A DNA stretch of 64,000 nt, taken from the NCBI GenBank assembly GCA_951406725.2, contig OX597820.1:40424001-40488000 (forward strand), written 5' to 3'. This document shows, piece by piece, positions 11,301 to 24,770 of the stretch; position 1 is the stretch's first letter, and every line of letters begins with the position of its first letter. Under the pieces are notes generated by a model that did not search any database, had not been told where the DNA came from, and saw only the letters and a list, made by a program, of their open reading frames with translations. The position numbers and the translations under genes are program-made. This DNA comes from Octopus vulgaris. Its lineage: Eukaryota.

Positions 11301-14300
11301 TTAATTATAATTATGCTGCATTTATTTCTAAATGCTGTATTTGTTTTCCGTGAGAGTTTGGCGCGCTGTTGGTTGGGGCATTTGAATTATAACGTCCGAT
11401 GTAATCAATTGAACCGCACGCGTATTTATCGTTATGGTAAAATCTGGCGTGTGATTGAGTGGATTTCATCCAGATAGTCTTGGCTGAAGAGCTACAAATG
11501 GATTACTGTAAGTAATATTACATTTAATTCATTAATAGCGAAACAATTGTCCCAAAATAATCTGTATTTTTGTTATTTTTTATTTGCCCTGTCCGTGTGA
11601 GCTAACAGTCGTACCGGCTTTCATGGGAAACATGTATTTTTCGTGGTTGAAACCTCTTGGATTAACTGGTGCTAGAGTGATCAATATAGTGAACACTCTC
11701 TTATATTTATTTTGTGAAAATATTATAATATGTTATAAAATATTATAATAATCCAGGTTTCTCGTAGCACTAGGCCACTTGGTGTGGAATAAATATACTA
11801 TTAAATTAGTATCTAATTCTCTCACCCTTATTAATTAATTATAATTATGCTGCATTTATTTCTAAATGCTGTATTTGTTTTCCGTGAGAGTTTGGCGCGC
11901 TGTTGGTTGGGGCATTTGAATTATAACGTCCGATGTAATCAATTGAACCGCACGCGTATTTATCGTTATGGTAAAATCTGGCGTGTGATTGAGTGGATTT
12001 CATCCAGATAGTCTTGGCTGAAGAGCTACAAATGGATTACTGTAAGTAATATTACATTTAATTCATTAATAGCGAAACAATTGTCCCTAAATAATCTGTA
12101 TTTTTGTTATTTTTTATTTGCCCTGTCCGTGTGAGCTAACAGTCGTACCGGCTTTCATGGGAAACATGTATTTTTCGTGGTTGAAACCTCTTGGATTAAC
12201 TGGTGCTAGAGTGATCAATATAGTGAACACTCTCTTATATTTATTTTGTGAAAATATTATAATATGTTATAAAATATTATAATAATCCAGGTTTCTCGTA
12301 GCACTAGGCCACTTGGTGTGGAATAAATATACTATTAAATTAGTATCTAATTCTCTCACCCTTATTAATTAATTATAATTATGCTGCATTTATTTCTAAA
12401 TGCTGTATTTGTTTTCCGTGAGAGTTTGGCGCGCTGTTGGTTGGGGCATTTGAATTATAACGTCCGATGTAATCAATTGAACCGCACGCGTATTTATCGT
12501 TATGGTAAAATCTGGCGTGTGATTGAGTGGATTTCATCCAGATAGTCTTGGCTGAAGAGCTACAAATGGATTACTGTAAGTAATATTACATTTAATTCAT
12601 TAATAGCGAAACAATTGTCCCAAAATAATCTGTATTTTTGTTATTTTTTATTTGCCCTGTCCGTGTGAGCTAACAGTCGTACCGGCTTTCATGGGAAACA
12701 TGTATTTTTCGTGGTTGAAACCTCTTGGATTAACTGGTGCTAGAGTGATCAATATAGTGAACACTCTCTTATATTTATTTTGTGAAAATATTATAATATG
12801 TTATAAAATATTATAATAATCCAGGTTTCTCGTAGCACTAGGCCACTTGGTGTGGAATAAATATACTATTAAATTAGTATCTAATTCTCTCACCCTTATT
12901 AATTAATTATAATTATGCTGCATTTATTTCTAAATGCTGTATTTGTTTTCCGTGAGAGTTTGGCGCGCTGTTGGTTGGGGCATTTGAATTATAACGTCCG
13001 ATGTAATCAATTGAACCGCACGCGTATTTATCGTTATGGTAAAATCTGGCGTGTGATTGAGTGGATTTCATCCAGATAGTCTTGGCTGAAGAGCTACAAA
13101 TGGATTACTGTAAGTAATATTACATTTAATTCATTAATAGCGAAACAATTGTCCCAAAATAATCTGTATTTTTGTTATTTTTTATTTGCCCTGTCCGTGT
13201 GAGCTAACAGTCGTACCGGCTTTCATGGGAAACATGTATTTTTCGTGGTTGAAACCTCTTGGATTAACTGGTGCTAGAGTGATCAATATAGTGAACACTC
13301 TCTTATATTTATTTTGTGAAAATATTATAATATGTTATAAAATATTATAATAATCCAGGTTTCTCGTAGCACTAGGCCACTTGGTGTGGAATAAATATAC
13401 TATTAAATTAGTATCTAATTCTCTCACCCTTATTAATTAATTATAATTATGCTGCATTTATTTCTAAATGCTGTATTTGTTTTCCGTGAGAGTTTGGCGC
13501 GCTGTTGGTTGGGGCATTTGAATTATAACGTCCGATGTAATCAATTGAACCGCACGCGTATTTATCGTTATGGTAAAATCTGGCGTGTGATTGAGTGGAT
13601 TTCATCCAGATAGTCTTGGCTGAAGAGCTACAAATGGATTACTGTAAGTAATATTACATTTAATTCATTAATAGCGAAACAATTGTCCCAAAATAATCTG
13701 TATTTTTGTTATTTTTTATTTGCCCTGTCCGTGTGAGCTAACAGTCGTACCGGCTTTCATGGGAAACATGTATTTTTCGTGGTTGAAACCTCTTGGATTA
13801 ACTGGTGCTAGAGTGATCAATATAGTGAACACTCTCTTATATTTATTTTGTGAAAATATTATAATATGTTATAAAATATTATAATAATCCAGGTTTCTCG
13901 TAGCACTAGGCCACTTGGTGTGGAATAAATATACTATTAAATTAGTATCTAATTCTCTCACCCTTATTAATTAATTATAATTATGCTGCATTTATTTCTA
14001 AATGCTGTATTTGTTTTCCGTGAGAGTTTGGCGCGCTGTTGGTTGGGGCATTTGAATTATAACGTCCGATGTAATCAATTGAACCGCACGCGTATTTATC
14101 GTTATGGTAAAATCTGGCGTGTGATTGAGTGGATTTCATCCAGATAGTCTTGGCTGAAGAGCTACAAATGGATTACTGTAAGTAATATTACATTTAATTC
14201 ATTAATAGCGAAACAATTGTCCCAAAATAATCTGTATTTTTGTTATTTTTTATTTGCCCTGTCCGTGTGAGCTAACAGTCGTACCGGCTTTCATGGGAAA

Positions 14301-14674
14301 CATGTATTTTTCGTGGTTGAAACCTCTTGGATTAACTGGTGCTAGAGTGATCAATATAGTGAACACTCTCTTATATTTATTTTGTGAAAATATTATAATA
14401 TGTTATAAAATATTATAATAATCCAGGTTTCTCGTAGCACTAGGCCACTTGGTGTGGAATAAATATACTATTAAATTAGTATCTAATTCTCTCACCCTTA
14501 TTAATTAATTATAATTATGCTGCATTTATTTCTAAATGCTGTATTTGTTTTCCGTGAGAGTTTGGCGCGCTGTTGGTTGGGGCATTTGAATTATAACGTC
14601 CGATGTAATCAATTGAACCGCACGCGTATTTATCGTTATGGTAAAATCTGGCGTGTGATTGAGTGGATTTCATC

Positions 14675-14768
14675 CAGATAGTCTTGGCTGAAGAGCTACA
14701 AATGGATTACTGTAAGTAATATTACATTTAATTCATTAATAGCGAAACAATTGTCCCAAAATAATCTG
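14675..14768 (+). ncRNA. Type I hammerhead ribozyme, last (13th) copy of the array
   Basis: Identical to 8267-8360, offset 12 x 534. Confidence 0.88.
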
Positions 14769-14915
14769 TATTTTTGTTATTTTTTATTTGCCCTGTCCGT
14801 GTGAGCTAACAGTCGTACCGGCTTTCATGGGAAACATGTATTTTTCGTGGTTGAAACCTCTTGGATTAACTGGTGCTAGAGTGATCAATATAGTGAACAC
14901 TCTCTTATATTTATT

Positions 14916-14947
<32 letters not shown>

Positions 14948-15985
14948 CCACCCGTAATGAGGACAATAACCCTTTGTTTCGCTTTAATATATACTATCAG
15001 ATGATAATTTAATTCGATTATACATTCATTGTAGAATGGTTTTATCATAACCACCTTAACATTATGCTTAGGAAAGGCCTTATGAGCATTCTCTTACAGA
15101 GTAAAGTATCCTATTATTAGATTTTAAGTTTAATTTCTATCCTTATCCTATATATTGATTCAATTTTTTTTTCTAAGTTTAATATAATGAAATTGCTAAG
15201 TTATGAATTACTACATCCCATATCCCTCAATTCTAATTCCCTCCCTTAGTGCCTATATTACTGATCTCTTTTGTTTTTTCATTTTATTCCCCCTTTATTT
15301 GATAATCTAAATAAGTATTGGTCACTCCAATCCTTCCTTCTAGTTATCACCTCTTCCCCATCAATCATTCTCTTACTAGCAGCTCTGAGACATATAATTT
15401 TATGTAGATAAAGCTGGAGATAGGGTTCCAGTAAAATAAGGGACTGGGAGACAGTCTTTTATTAATTGATTTATCACCATCAGCTAGAGCACTGTTGACA
15501 AATCCCAATTGATTTAATTCTAAATGGTTGTCGAGCACATATCCTGTATAAAATCTTCTAAATTATAAATAACTATCTTACAACTCCTATAACTTGCCCC
15601 CCCCCCCCCCAGATGTACGAGTGGTAATTATCGTAGGCGTATTAAGATATGCATTCTTTTCTAAACTCATTCTGCCAGAAATATAACATAACGAGACAAT
15701 GCAATTATTTTGGTTTCTAATATTGATATAAATTTGTTAAAAAGGTTTACACTTTACGTTGGAAATCTGCATGATCATCTACGTCTGAGCAGTTTCTTTC
15801 AAATTGATGTAATGTTTTCATTGATCGATTAAATGGAGCCGCTCGAAACGGCCGTAATGTATTGATACCTGGACATCCTTGTTACTTGTTTACATTCTGT
15901 GCACCTAACTTGCAGATACGCAGACTACACCGAACTGGCTTAGTGCCTCAATTAAAGTACCTAATTCAACTGTATCTTAATTATA
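14948..15985 (+). mobile_element. Old PLE-like 3' fragment ending in a degenerate hammerhead
   Basis: Hammerhead relic at 15780-15861; weak GIY-YIG-like remnant near 15520-15600. Boundaries are approximate. Confidence 0.4.
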
Positions 15986-15988
15986 AAC

Positions 15989-16019
<31 letters not shown>

Positions 16020-16610
16020 AAGTGTGTGTGTGTGTATGAATTTATGTATGAATGTATGTATGAGTTCTGGAGCCTTCCCTGTGTTGGATCTGGAAGATAG
16101 AGTGGACCGTGATACTGGACACCGGAGTATGTATGTATGTATGAGATTTTACATATAGATATATAGTTATATCGATGAATATATTGATCTGTTCATGTGC
16201 ATGTGTATGTTAGTGGTAAGACAAGTCCGTATACACATTAATATGTGTGTGAGTGTCCATATATATACTGGTGATACACGGATATGCTATTCCCCACCTC
16301 AACTTGGTGTCTTATTATTAAAATAACTGTACTCAATCGGATCCTGCAAATAAGTAATATATATTTGTATATACTACAAAATATAAAAAAGAGAGGACGC
16401 ATAAGATAAATATATATATATATTTCACCATTTGATTCCATATAACGACGATTGATTCGCAGCCTTTATCATATAAAATCACTTGCTTGTTTTGTTTTGA
16501 TTTATTATGTAGCTTGTAACCTGATCGATTAAAGGAGGTTTTATCTGAGTACCTCCGGTTTAGTTTAATCCATAGATTGTGCATTAAATTTTTATGTATG
16601 TATAATAAAT

Positions 16611-16664
<54 letters not shown>

Positions 16665-17767
16665 GAAGAAAATGTAAAGACAAAACTATTGGAAAAGAAG
16701 AGAAAGAAACCACCAGTATTATAAACTTCACAGTCAAGGAAATGAAAAACTGTTATGGATATACCGTTTCGAATGTTTTCCTTCACTGTGTAGAGGAAAA
16801 GAAGGGAGGAAAAAGCAGAAAAGCCAACTGGAAAGGGAAGATAGAAGTGGAATTAAAAAGTGCAAAATTTGTCTAAAGAAGTTTGAAGGAGCTGGTTTCC
16901 TTGTTAGCCGCAGACAGACCGGACGTGAAGTGTAGAGTAATGGGGTAATTTGAGGAAGAGACTAGAATATACGAAGCTATGTCCGTGTGATGCAGTATTA
17001 CAACATGTCTGTTTTTCTCTGTGAATAGTTACTATATACGTACTTCTTTATGGGTATATCTGATATTTGTGTTGTGTGTGTTCCATGGGTTTCATATGTA
17101 GGCAATCTGTGTGCTTATTTGTGTGTGTGTACTTGTGTGTATGTGTATGTGCTTATGTGTATAAGATAGAGAGAAAGAAAGGGAGAAAGAAAGAAAGAGA
17201 GACAGACAGAGACAGAACGCAGAATTTTGTCTTGTATTGAGAGTGCATCTCTGAATTCGTGTAGATCTGGAATACAGGAAGTAGGAGAGTGGCTGAGAGA
17301 TGTGTCTGCGTACGTGTTACGGTGTACGGGTGTGAGAAATGTGACAAAATAATTATTTAATATGTGCACCTGTGAATGTATGTCATGAAGGTGCACAAAC
17401 CAAAACCTCAAAGTTACTGTGGATTTTTACCTGGTAAATTTGATTAATATATACTCAGCTAAATCTCTTGAGTGATCTTCCAGTTTAATGCTGAAGTGTT
17501 TTATTTTATGTAACCTGACTGAGAAACAAATATCAAAACATGAATATATTTACACAGTAACATACACACTACCACGCGCACGTACACGCGCGTGCGCACC
17601 CCCACACAGACACACAAACAGGCAGACACACGCACACACGCACATATATATATATGCTCATGCATCTATATATGTCTATTTATGTGTGATGTTTTAAAAG
17701 TAATAGGATGCGACATATACATATCTATTTCTCTCATACGAGAGCAGGTGAAACCTGTAGGGGTGAA

Positions 17768-17802
<35 letters not shown>

Positions 17803-18220
17803 CGTATGTGTGTGCCATTTTCAATTAGTTTTTAAACCATTATTATTTACCTTCTTATAATTGATATAATGTTCTTTACATAGATCGTACTTTTCGTTAT
17901 TTTTATGAATAAAGATATCTTATATTTGGAATGACACACCCATATCTATTCGTATTTCTTTATTTCTGTGTGAGTGTGCGTGGGCGCGCGTTTACTTGAG
18001 CTTATATGTGTGCGTGTCTTTATGGGATACATGTGAGAATGTATCTCTACATTTCTTCGAGTGGAAGATTGTACAACTACCTGTGTATTTTTATTTTCCT
18101 GCCTGTATGAAGGAGTGGGCGTGACTGCGCATGCGTGTGCATTTGTTTTTGTGTGAGGGTGTATGTTAAATATTCTTCAGTGTTATCTCAATTTTGTTTT
18201 GCAGAACTGCGGTTATTAGT

Positions 18221-18508
18221 TGCGTACCCGACACATAATGTTCTGACAATGATAATTTGTAAAGCCAAGGTTACTTTTTTTAAAACCAGACCTAATCTGA
18301 GATTCGCCTACTTTTGAAATCATCCACATATACTGTTCACAAAACAATTCATGTTAGATGAAATCCGGACCTCGTGGTCACAGTGGCGTCTTCCTTCATT
18401 CCTACGTTATTAATACACGGCCAAATTTAGATCCAAAATTTTCGGTGTCGTTCCATTTTAACAATATCTTTGATTCGTGGCCAAATTTTGAAATGTAAAC
18501 ATTTACGT

Positions 18509-18585
<77 letters not shown>

Positions 18586-19402
18586 TGTTGCATTCTCTGC
18601 TTTACTTTATTTTGAGATAATATTGTATAGAATGAATATCGCAACTGCTTATATTTTAAAAGTAAAACAATATTCGTCATTATTATAGATATTTTGAAAG
18701 AGAAAAGAGCAGAAAAATCAGAAAAGATGTTCTTAAACCAAGTATATATAGATTACTAGTTCTAAATCGGTTTCCATCTGAGTGTATATGCAAGGCATTA
18801 TTAAATATGAATATCTTTCGTCCTATAGCTATTGCCTATGATCAGTATATATTCCATTGCAATGTAATCAGTGAAGTAGATAATATAGTGGGGTACTTTA
18901 CCAACGATTATCTTGCATATGTATGACGAACTAAGACGATGCTTAATAGTAAATATAGTTATTATGAAATAAATGTGAGAGCAAATGTATGGAGTTTATA
19001 TAGTTATTATCATCTACTACATAACTGATCAACTGTAGAGGCGCGTGGCGAAACGGTTTTTTCGTTTGCATCCTTGATCGATTGATTGGTTTCGATTGCT
19101 GAACTGGTCACTACGTTATGTTCTTGAACAAAACACGCTGTTTTACGTTGCTCTCGTCCTCTCCGCTGGCAAATATCAGTAAGTCTGCAACAGACCGACT
19201 TTTCATACAAGAATGGGAGAATTTATGCGCCACAGAATCCAGGGAAAATCTCTCAAGAAGGAAGGAAATCAAATAAATCAATAATATGCATTCACGATGC
19301 GTACCCGGCACATAATGTTCTGACAATGATAATTTGTAAAGTTAAGGGTATTCTTGGAAAACCAGACCTAATCTGAGATTCGCCTACTTTTAAAATCATC
19401 CA
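18221..19402 (+). repeat. ~105-bp diverged direct repeat (18221-18326 and 19298-19402)
   Basis: TGCGTACCCG.CACATAATGTTCTGACAATGATAATTTGTAAAG...AAAACCAGACCTAATCTGAGATTCGCCTACTTTT.AAATCATCCA occurs twice. Confidence 0.85.
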
Positions 19403-20802
19403 GCGTGGCCAAGTATTGATATAATTAAACTAATTAATATTTAATTTTTGAATGAAATGCATATGATCTCTTTCGAAACATGAATATAGACAAGTCCAGC
19501 TTACGTCGTTCACTGTTGACAATGGCTCTGCACATATACTATGTACACGTATATGCTGTATACGCACATATACTGTATATGCACATATACTAAATATATA
19601 TATATAATGTATATTCATATACTCTGTATGCATCCCCGGTCAAAATTAAAAAAAATATTGACGGTTATCTATGCATGCAATCCTTCTATCTCCAAGCCAC
19701 CGATGTTTAACTATCTCCGGTTGAATCAGCATAGCTCCGAAGTCTCTGCCTTTAATGTCAGAACGTAATAAGCCGGAGTAGATGACGCTGGGTATTTCGA
19801 GCAAACAAGGGAAGAAAAAGAAGTGAAAAGCTGAAAGACATGATCGGCATCATTCATCTAAGTAGCTGCGTATGTATCTAACACATGAATTAAAATAGTA
19901 ATGTAGAATAAAAACGCTAACCAAAAGTGATTTATAACATTTGCTTCTAGTAAGAAGGTTACCATTTAAAGATAAAAATATATAGACGCATATTTTTTAA
20001 TACATATAAGAAAATTTATATGCTCATATGAATACTGATTCAGTTACCTAACATCCAGTTACATTACACATAATGTTTTCAAATTCTGAAACACGGCCTG
20101 CAATTTCAGGAGGGTGGGGAAAATCGATTACACCGACCCCAGTATTTGACAGGAACGTATTTTATCGACATGGATAGTATGAAATGCAAAATGAGCTCGT
20201 ACGAATTTGAACGTGAACAGCCACAAGAAATGCTGCGAAGTAACTTCTGCGATGCGAGAGAGGCCGGGACGGAAAGAAAAGAATTGAAAAGGCAGAGGGC
20301 AAGATTAGTATCAGGGATGTGGAAGGGGAGGGAAGTGACTGAGGAGTAAAGAATGAGGTCCAGGTATTCTGAAATGAGTCGAGCGAGGAATTTAGAGGCA
20401 GAAACGATGGAGCGGTCAGGTTTGTTGGGTTTATGGATTTTGGGGAGGAAATAGGCGGTGCATTTGCAGGAAATTTGAGCAGTGAGGTTGGTAGCAGTGC
20501 AGGGAAGGAATGGGACGAGATGATGTTCTTGAGATTAGAAGAGACCCGCTGCTGGTAGAAGATGGTTTACATGGGAGGACAGGACGTGATAGAACATGGG
20601 GTTACGAAACTGATGGGACGCTTCCTACAATTAAAATTCAGCGCTCCACACCACTACTGCTCTTTCATTGTCTGCCAGTTTGATGACGATGTCATCTCGG
20701 TGACGGAGATTAAAAGGGTTGAGGATTCAGCAAGGCTGATGTTTATACGGCGAGATTTTTTCTCGTAGTTGATGCGATTAACTGGGTATTAATTCAATTT
20801 AC

Positions 20803-20947
20803 ATGGTAAGAAGTTTGTTTCCCAACAATATGGCTTCCGGTTCAGTCCCACTGTGTGGAACCTTGGGCAAGTGTATTCGACTATAGCCTCGAGCCGACTT
20901 AATCATTTGAGTGCATTTGGTTGACGGAAACTGAAAGAAGTCCGTCG
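20803..20947 (+). mobile_element. CORE-type tRNA-derived SINE
   Basis: TGGTAAGAAG head, GGTTCAGTCCC B-box-like motif, ACCTTGGGCAAGT CORE motif, tail GACGGAAACTGAAAGAAG.CCGTCG followed by a microsatellite. Confidence 0.75.
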
Positions 20948-21085
20948 TATGTATGTATACATACATGCATACATATTTTATACATACATGTATGCATGTA
21001 TGCATGTATGTATGTATGTATGTATGTAAGTATGTATGCATGTATGTATATATGTATGCGTGTCTTTGCATCTGTTTGTTCTCTA

Positions 21086-21104
21086 GTAGCAGCAGTAGAA
21101 GTGA

Positions 21105-21161
<57 letters not shown>

Positions 21162-21198
21162 AAGTGGTAGTAGTAGCAGCAGCAGTAGTAGTAGTCAT

Positions 21199-21278
<80 letters not shown>

Positions 21279-21298
21279 GTGTTGTTGTTGCTGTTGTT
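21086..21298. repeat. Compound (AGT)/(ATT) microsatellite
   Basis: Direct inspection. Confidence 0.95.
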
Positions 21299-22167
21299 AA
21301 CTTTGAAAGACAAGACATGCTCTAATACATGCCATTCATTATTCGTGCTTCATTTTTCAGGCTTAATCTATCTAATATTTACTTTATGCAATGTATCGTT
21401 CCAGTCTAAAGATAGTATTTTGTCAGATGACGACGATTTAGCTTTTACTTGTAGCAGATTCAGTGAAGATTTTATGGTGTTCCTGAGTCATAGTTGTTCT
21501 TTAATTCCTATGTTAGGAGATATAAGTGATGGCACAACTCTTACCATTAATACACAACTCTACACACACACACACACGCGCGCGCACAAACACACACACA
21601 TATATATATGTAAATGTGTATGTGTACGTATTTGTATTTGCATAAACATAATGGACATATACATGCATAATACATATATATATACATATATGAGTATGTG
21701 TACGTATATATAAATATGGGATAAAAAGTTATTTTATTCAACGTGGTAGAAATATAGGAAAAACAGAAGTTGAAAATGCACTGAGAATAGTTAAAATATT
21801 TTTTATTAAAATATTTAAAGCTTTAACCAGTTTCACAGTTTACACTCATTTTCAAAGAGTTCAAATAGAAAGGCGTGGCTTCTATCGCAGCGGACTTGCT
21901 TTTGACTAGTGTTTGAAGTTTGCCCTGGGTTTTAAAAGTGTTCAAATTTTATACATGTTTTGAATAGGATTTGATTGGTAGAGGATAGTCACATGACTAT
22001 ATATATATATATACGTATAAATTGAGGATATAACCATTAAAATGATTATAACAGTGGCCAATGTATTAAAAAACAGCTGTATCAGTAAAATTAATATTTA
22101 CGTATATAATTATAAATATATAATTATAAATATATAATTATAATTATATTTGGCCCGGTACTATTCT

Positions 22168-22384
22168 TATTTCTTTACTGCCCACAAGGGGCTACACACA
22201 GAGGGGCCAAACAAGGACAGACATACGGATTAAGTCGATTATATCGACCCCAGTGCGTAACTGGTACTTATTTAATCAACCCTGAAAGGGTGAAAAGCAA
22301 AGTCGACCTCGGCGGAACTTGAGTAGCAAACGAAATACTGCTAAGCATTTAGCCCGGCGTGCTAACGATCTTGTCAATTCGCCG
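22168..22384 (-). mobile_element. tRNA-derived SINE (family of 61541-61771)
   Basis: Reverse complement aligns by eye with 61541-61771. Confidence 0.8.
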
Positions 22385-22694
22385 TATGGTCCGGTACAAT
22401 TCTGACAGTCATATGACTGACATAGACGATTACATATAATGTATACGTGGGAAATGAATGTATATATTGTTATCTGCACGCAAGTATTTATCGGCATGTG
22501 TATATATATTTTTCACTTATATATTGTCGGTATACTTCTACTGAAAAGTGTAAATTTTATTACAAAATACAAAATCTTAAGATATAGAGCTGACCGAAAT
22601 TTTATAAATCTTATCCATCTTTTGCACTCAGAGTGGTTTGTAGATATTTGACATCTATGTCTAGCGTACTGGAATTGTTATTGCATATTTATAG

Positions 22695-22752
<58 letters not shown>

Positions 22753-23116
22753 GAACAGATATATAGATGTGTGTGTACGCGTACGTGTGTGTTTATGTTC
22801 GTGTGTGTGTGAATAAATAAATGTATGTGTATACTCTTATTCATTTATCAATTCTTTTACGTTTCAGATATTTGACTGCGGCCTTTTAGTCGAAGAAATC
22901 AACACCTGGACATATTATTTTTAAGCCTGGTACTTATTACATCGGGTCTCTTCTGCTGAACCGCTACGTTACGGGGACATAAACACACCAACATCGGTTG
23001 CCAAGCAATGTGTCTGTGTGTGTGGGTGTGGAGGACTAACAGATACACAAAATGCACAGGTAGATATATACATATATATATTACATACACGCACACACAC
23101 ACATATATATATATAT

Positions 23117-23436
23117 ATTCTTAAATCTGCCAAACACATTAAAAAATATATACAAAAATGGGCATATAAAGGTACAGGCATAGGTATGTATATAAGTGTG
23201 TATGCAATTCATGTATATATACAAATATATATATATGTTTATATAATATATACATTTCATTCTTTACATTATTAAGCAATGAATCTAAGGTGGGCAGAAC
23301 AACAAATAATGCACTTTCTTATGCCTAAAAACATATATACATATATGTGCAGCGAGAGGATATACATACTTACACACTCACATACACACATGCACACACA
23401 CATGTATATATAAAAACATATATATGTGTATGCATA

Positions 23437-23516
<80 letters not shown>

Positions 23517-23690
23517 AAACAAAAGAGATATATTCCCACGCAGGAAAAAGTATACGAATATTTGTTGTTGAAAATGCACCTAAATTTGAAAAATATGTAA
23601 TTGTTTTGAATAATTTTATTTACATACATACCTATGGTATTTATTTACAAACAATTATGTTTTTCACATTTAGGTGAAAATTTTTTCCAT

Positions 23691-23754
<64 letters not shown>

Positions 23755-23916
23755 TTATATATAGGCGTAGGCGTGGCTATGTGGTAAGAAGCTTGCTTCG
23801 TAACCTTAGGGTTCAACCGCCCCGCATTGCACCTTGGGCAAGTGTTTTCTACTATAGTGTGTGCATTTGATTGACGGAAACTGAAAGAACCTCGTCGTAT
23901 ATATATATACATACAT

Positions 23917-23972
<56 letters not shown>

Positions 23973-24129
23973 GTATGTATATATATATATATATACGACG
24001 AGGTTCTTTCAGTTTCCGTCAATCAAATGCACACACTATAGTAGAAAACACTTGCCCAAGGTGCAATGCGGGGCGGTTGAACCCTAAGGTTACGAAGCAA
24101 GCTTCTTACCACATAGCCACGCCTACGCC

Positions 24130-24200
<71 letters not shown>

Positions 24201-24374
24201 ATGGAAAAAATTTTCACCTAAATGTGAAAAACATAATTGTTTGTAAATAAATACCATAGGTATGTATGTAAATAAAATTATTCAAAACAATTACATATTT
24301 TTCAAATTTAGGTGCATTTTCAACAACAAATATTCGTATACTTTTTCCTGCGTGGGAATATATCTCTTTTGTTT

Positions 24375-24450
<76 letters not shown>

Positions 24451-24770
24451 TATGCATACACATATATATGTTTTTATATATACATGTGTGTGTGCATGTG
24501 TGTATGTGAGTGTGTAAGTATGTATATCCTCTCGCTGCACATATATGTATATATGTTTTTAGGCATAAGAAAGTGCATTATTTGTTGTTCTGCCCACCTT
24601 AGATTCATTGCTTAATAATGTAAAGAATGAAATGTATATATTATATAAACATATATATATATTTGTATATATACATGAATTGCATACACACTTATATACA
24701 TACCTATGCCTGTACCTTTATATGCCCATTTTTGTATATATTTTTTAATGTGTTTGGCAGATTTAAGAAT
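23117..24770. repeat. Near-perfect inverted duplication, ~820-bp arms around a (TA)n centre
   Basis: 23117 ATTCTTAAATCTGCCAAACAC... is the reverse complement of ...GTGTTTGGCAGATTTAAGAAT 24770. Arms differ mainly in microsatellite lengths; the ORF track shows mirrored peptides. Confidence 0.95.
23764..23897 (+). mobile_element. CORE-type SINE (mirror copy at 23996-24129, minus strand)
   Basis: GGCGTGGCTATGTGGTAAGAAGCTTGC...GCACCTTGGGCAAGTG...GACGGAAACTGAAAGAA. Confidence 0.75.

Larger units (their letters stand above)
8218..14916 (+). repeat. Tandem array of a 534-bp non-coding unit (~12.5 copies), retrozyme/PLE pseudo-LTR-like
   Basis: TTTATCGTTATGGTAAAATC recurs at 8221, 8755 ... 13561 (10 x 534). 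Units are essentially identical; I saw only A>G at 9138 and A>T at 12088. No ORF >=60 aa lies within it. (TA)n on both sides. Confidence 0.97.

Noticed and set aside
8218-14916. CRISPR array, rDNA/5S repeat or endless ORF on a circle (534 = 3 x 178)
   Set aside because: No variable spacers or cas genes, no rRNA similarity I recognise, and the ORF track shows no long ORF inside the array.
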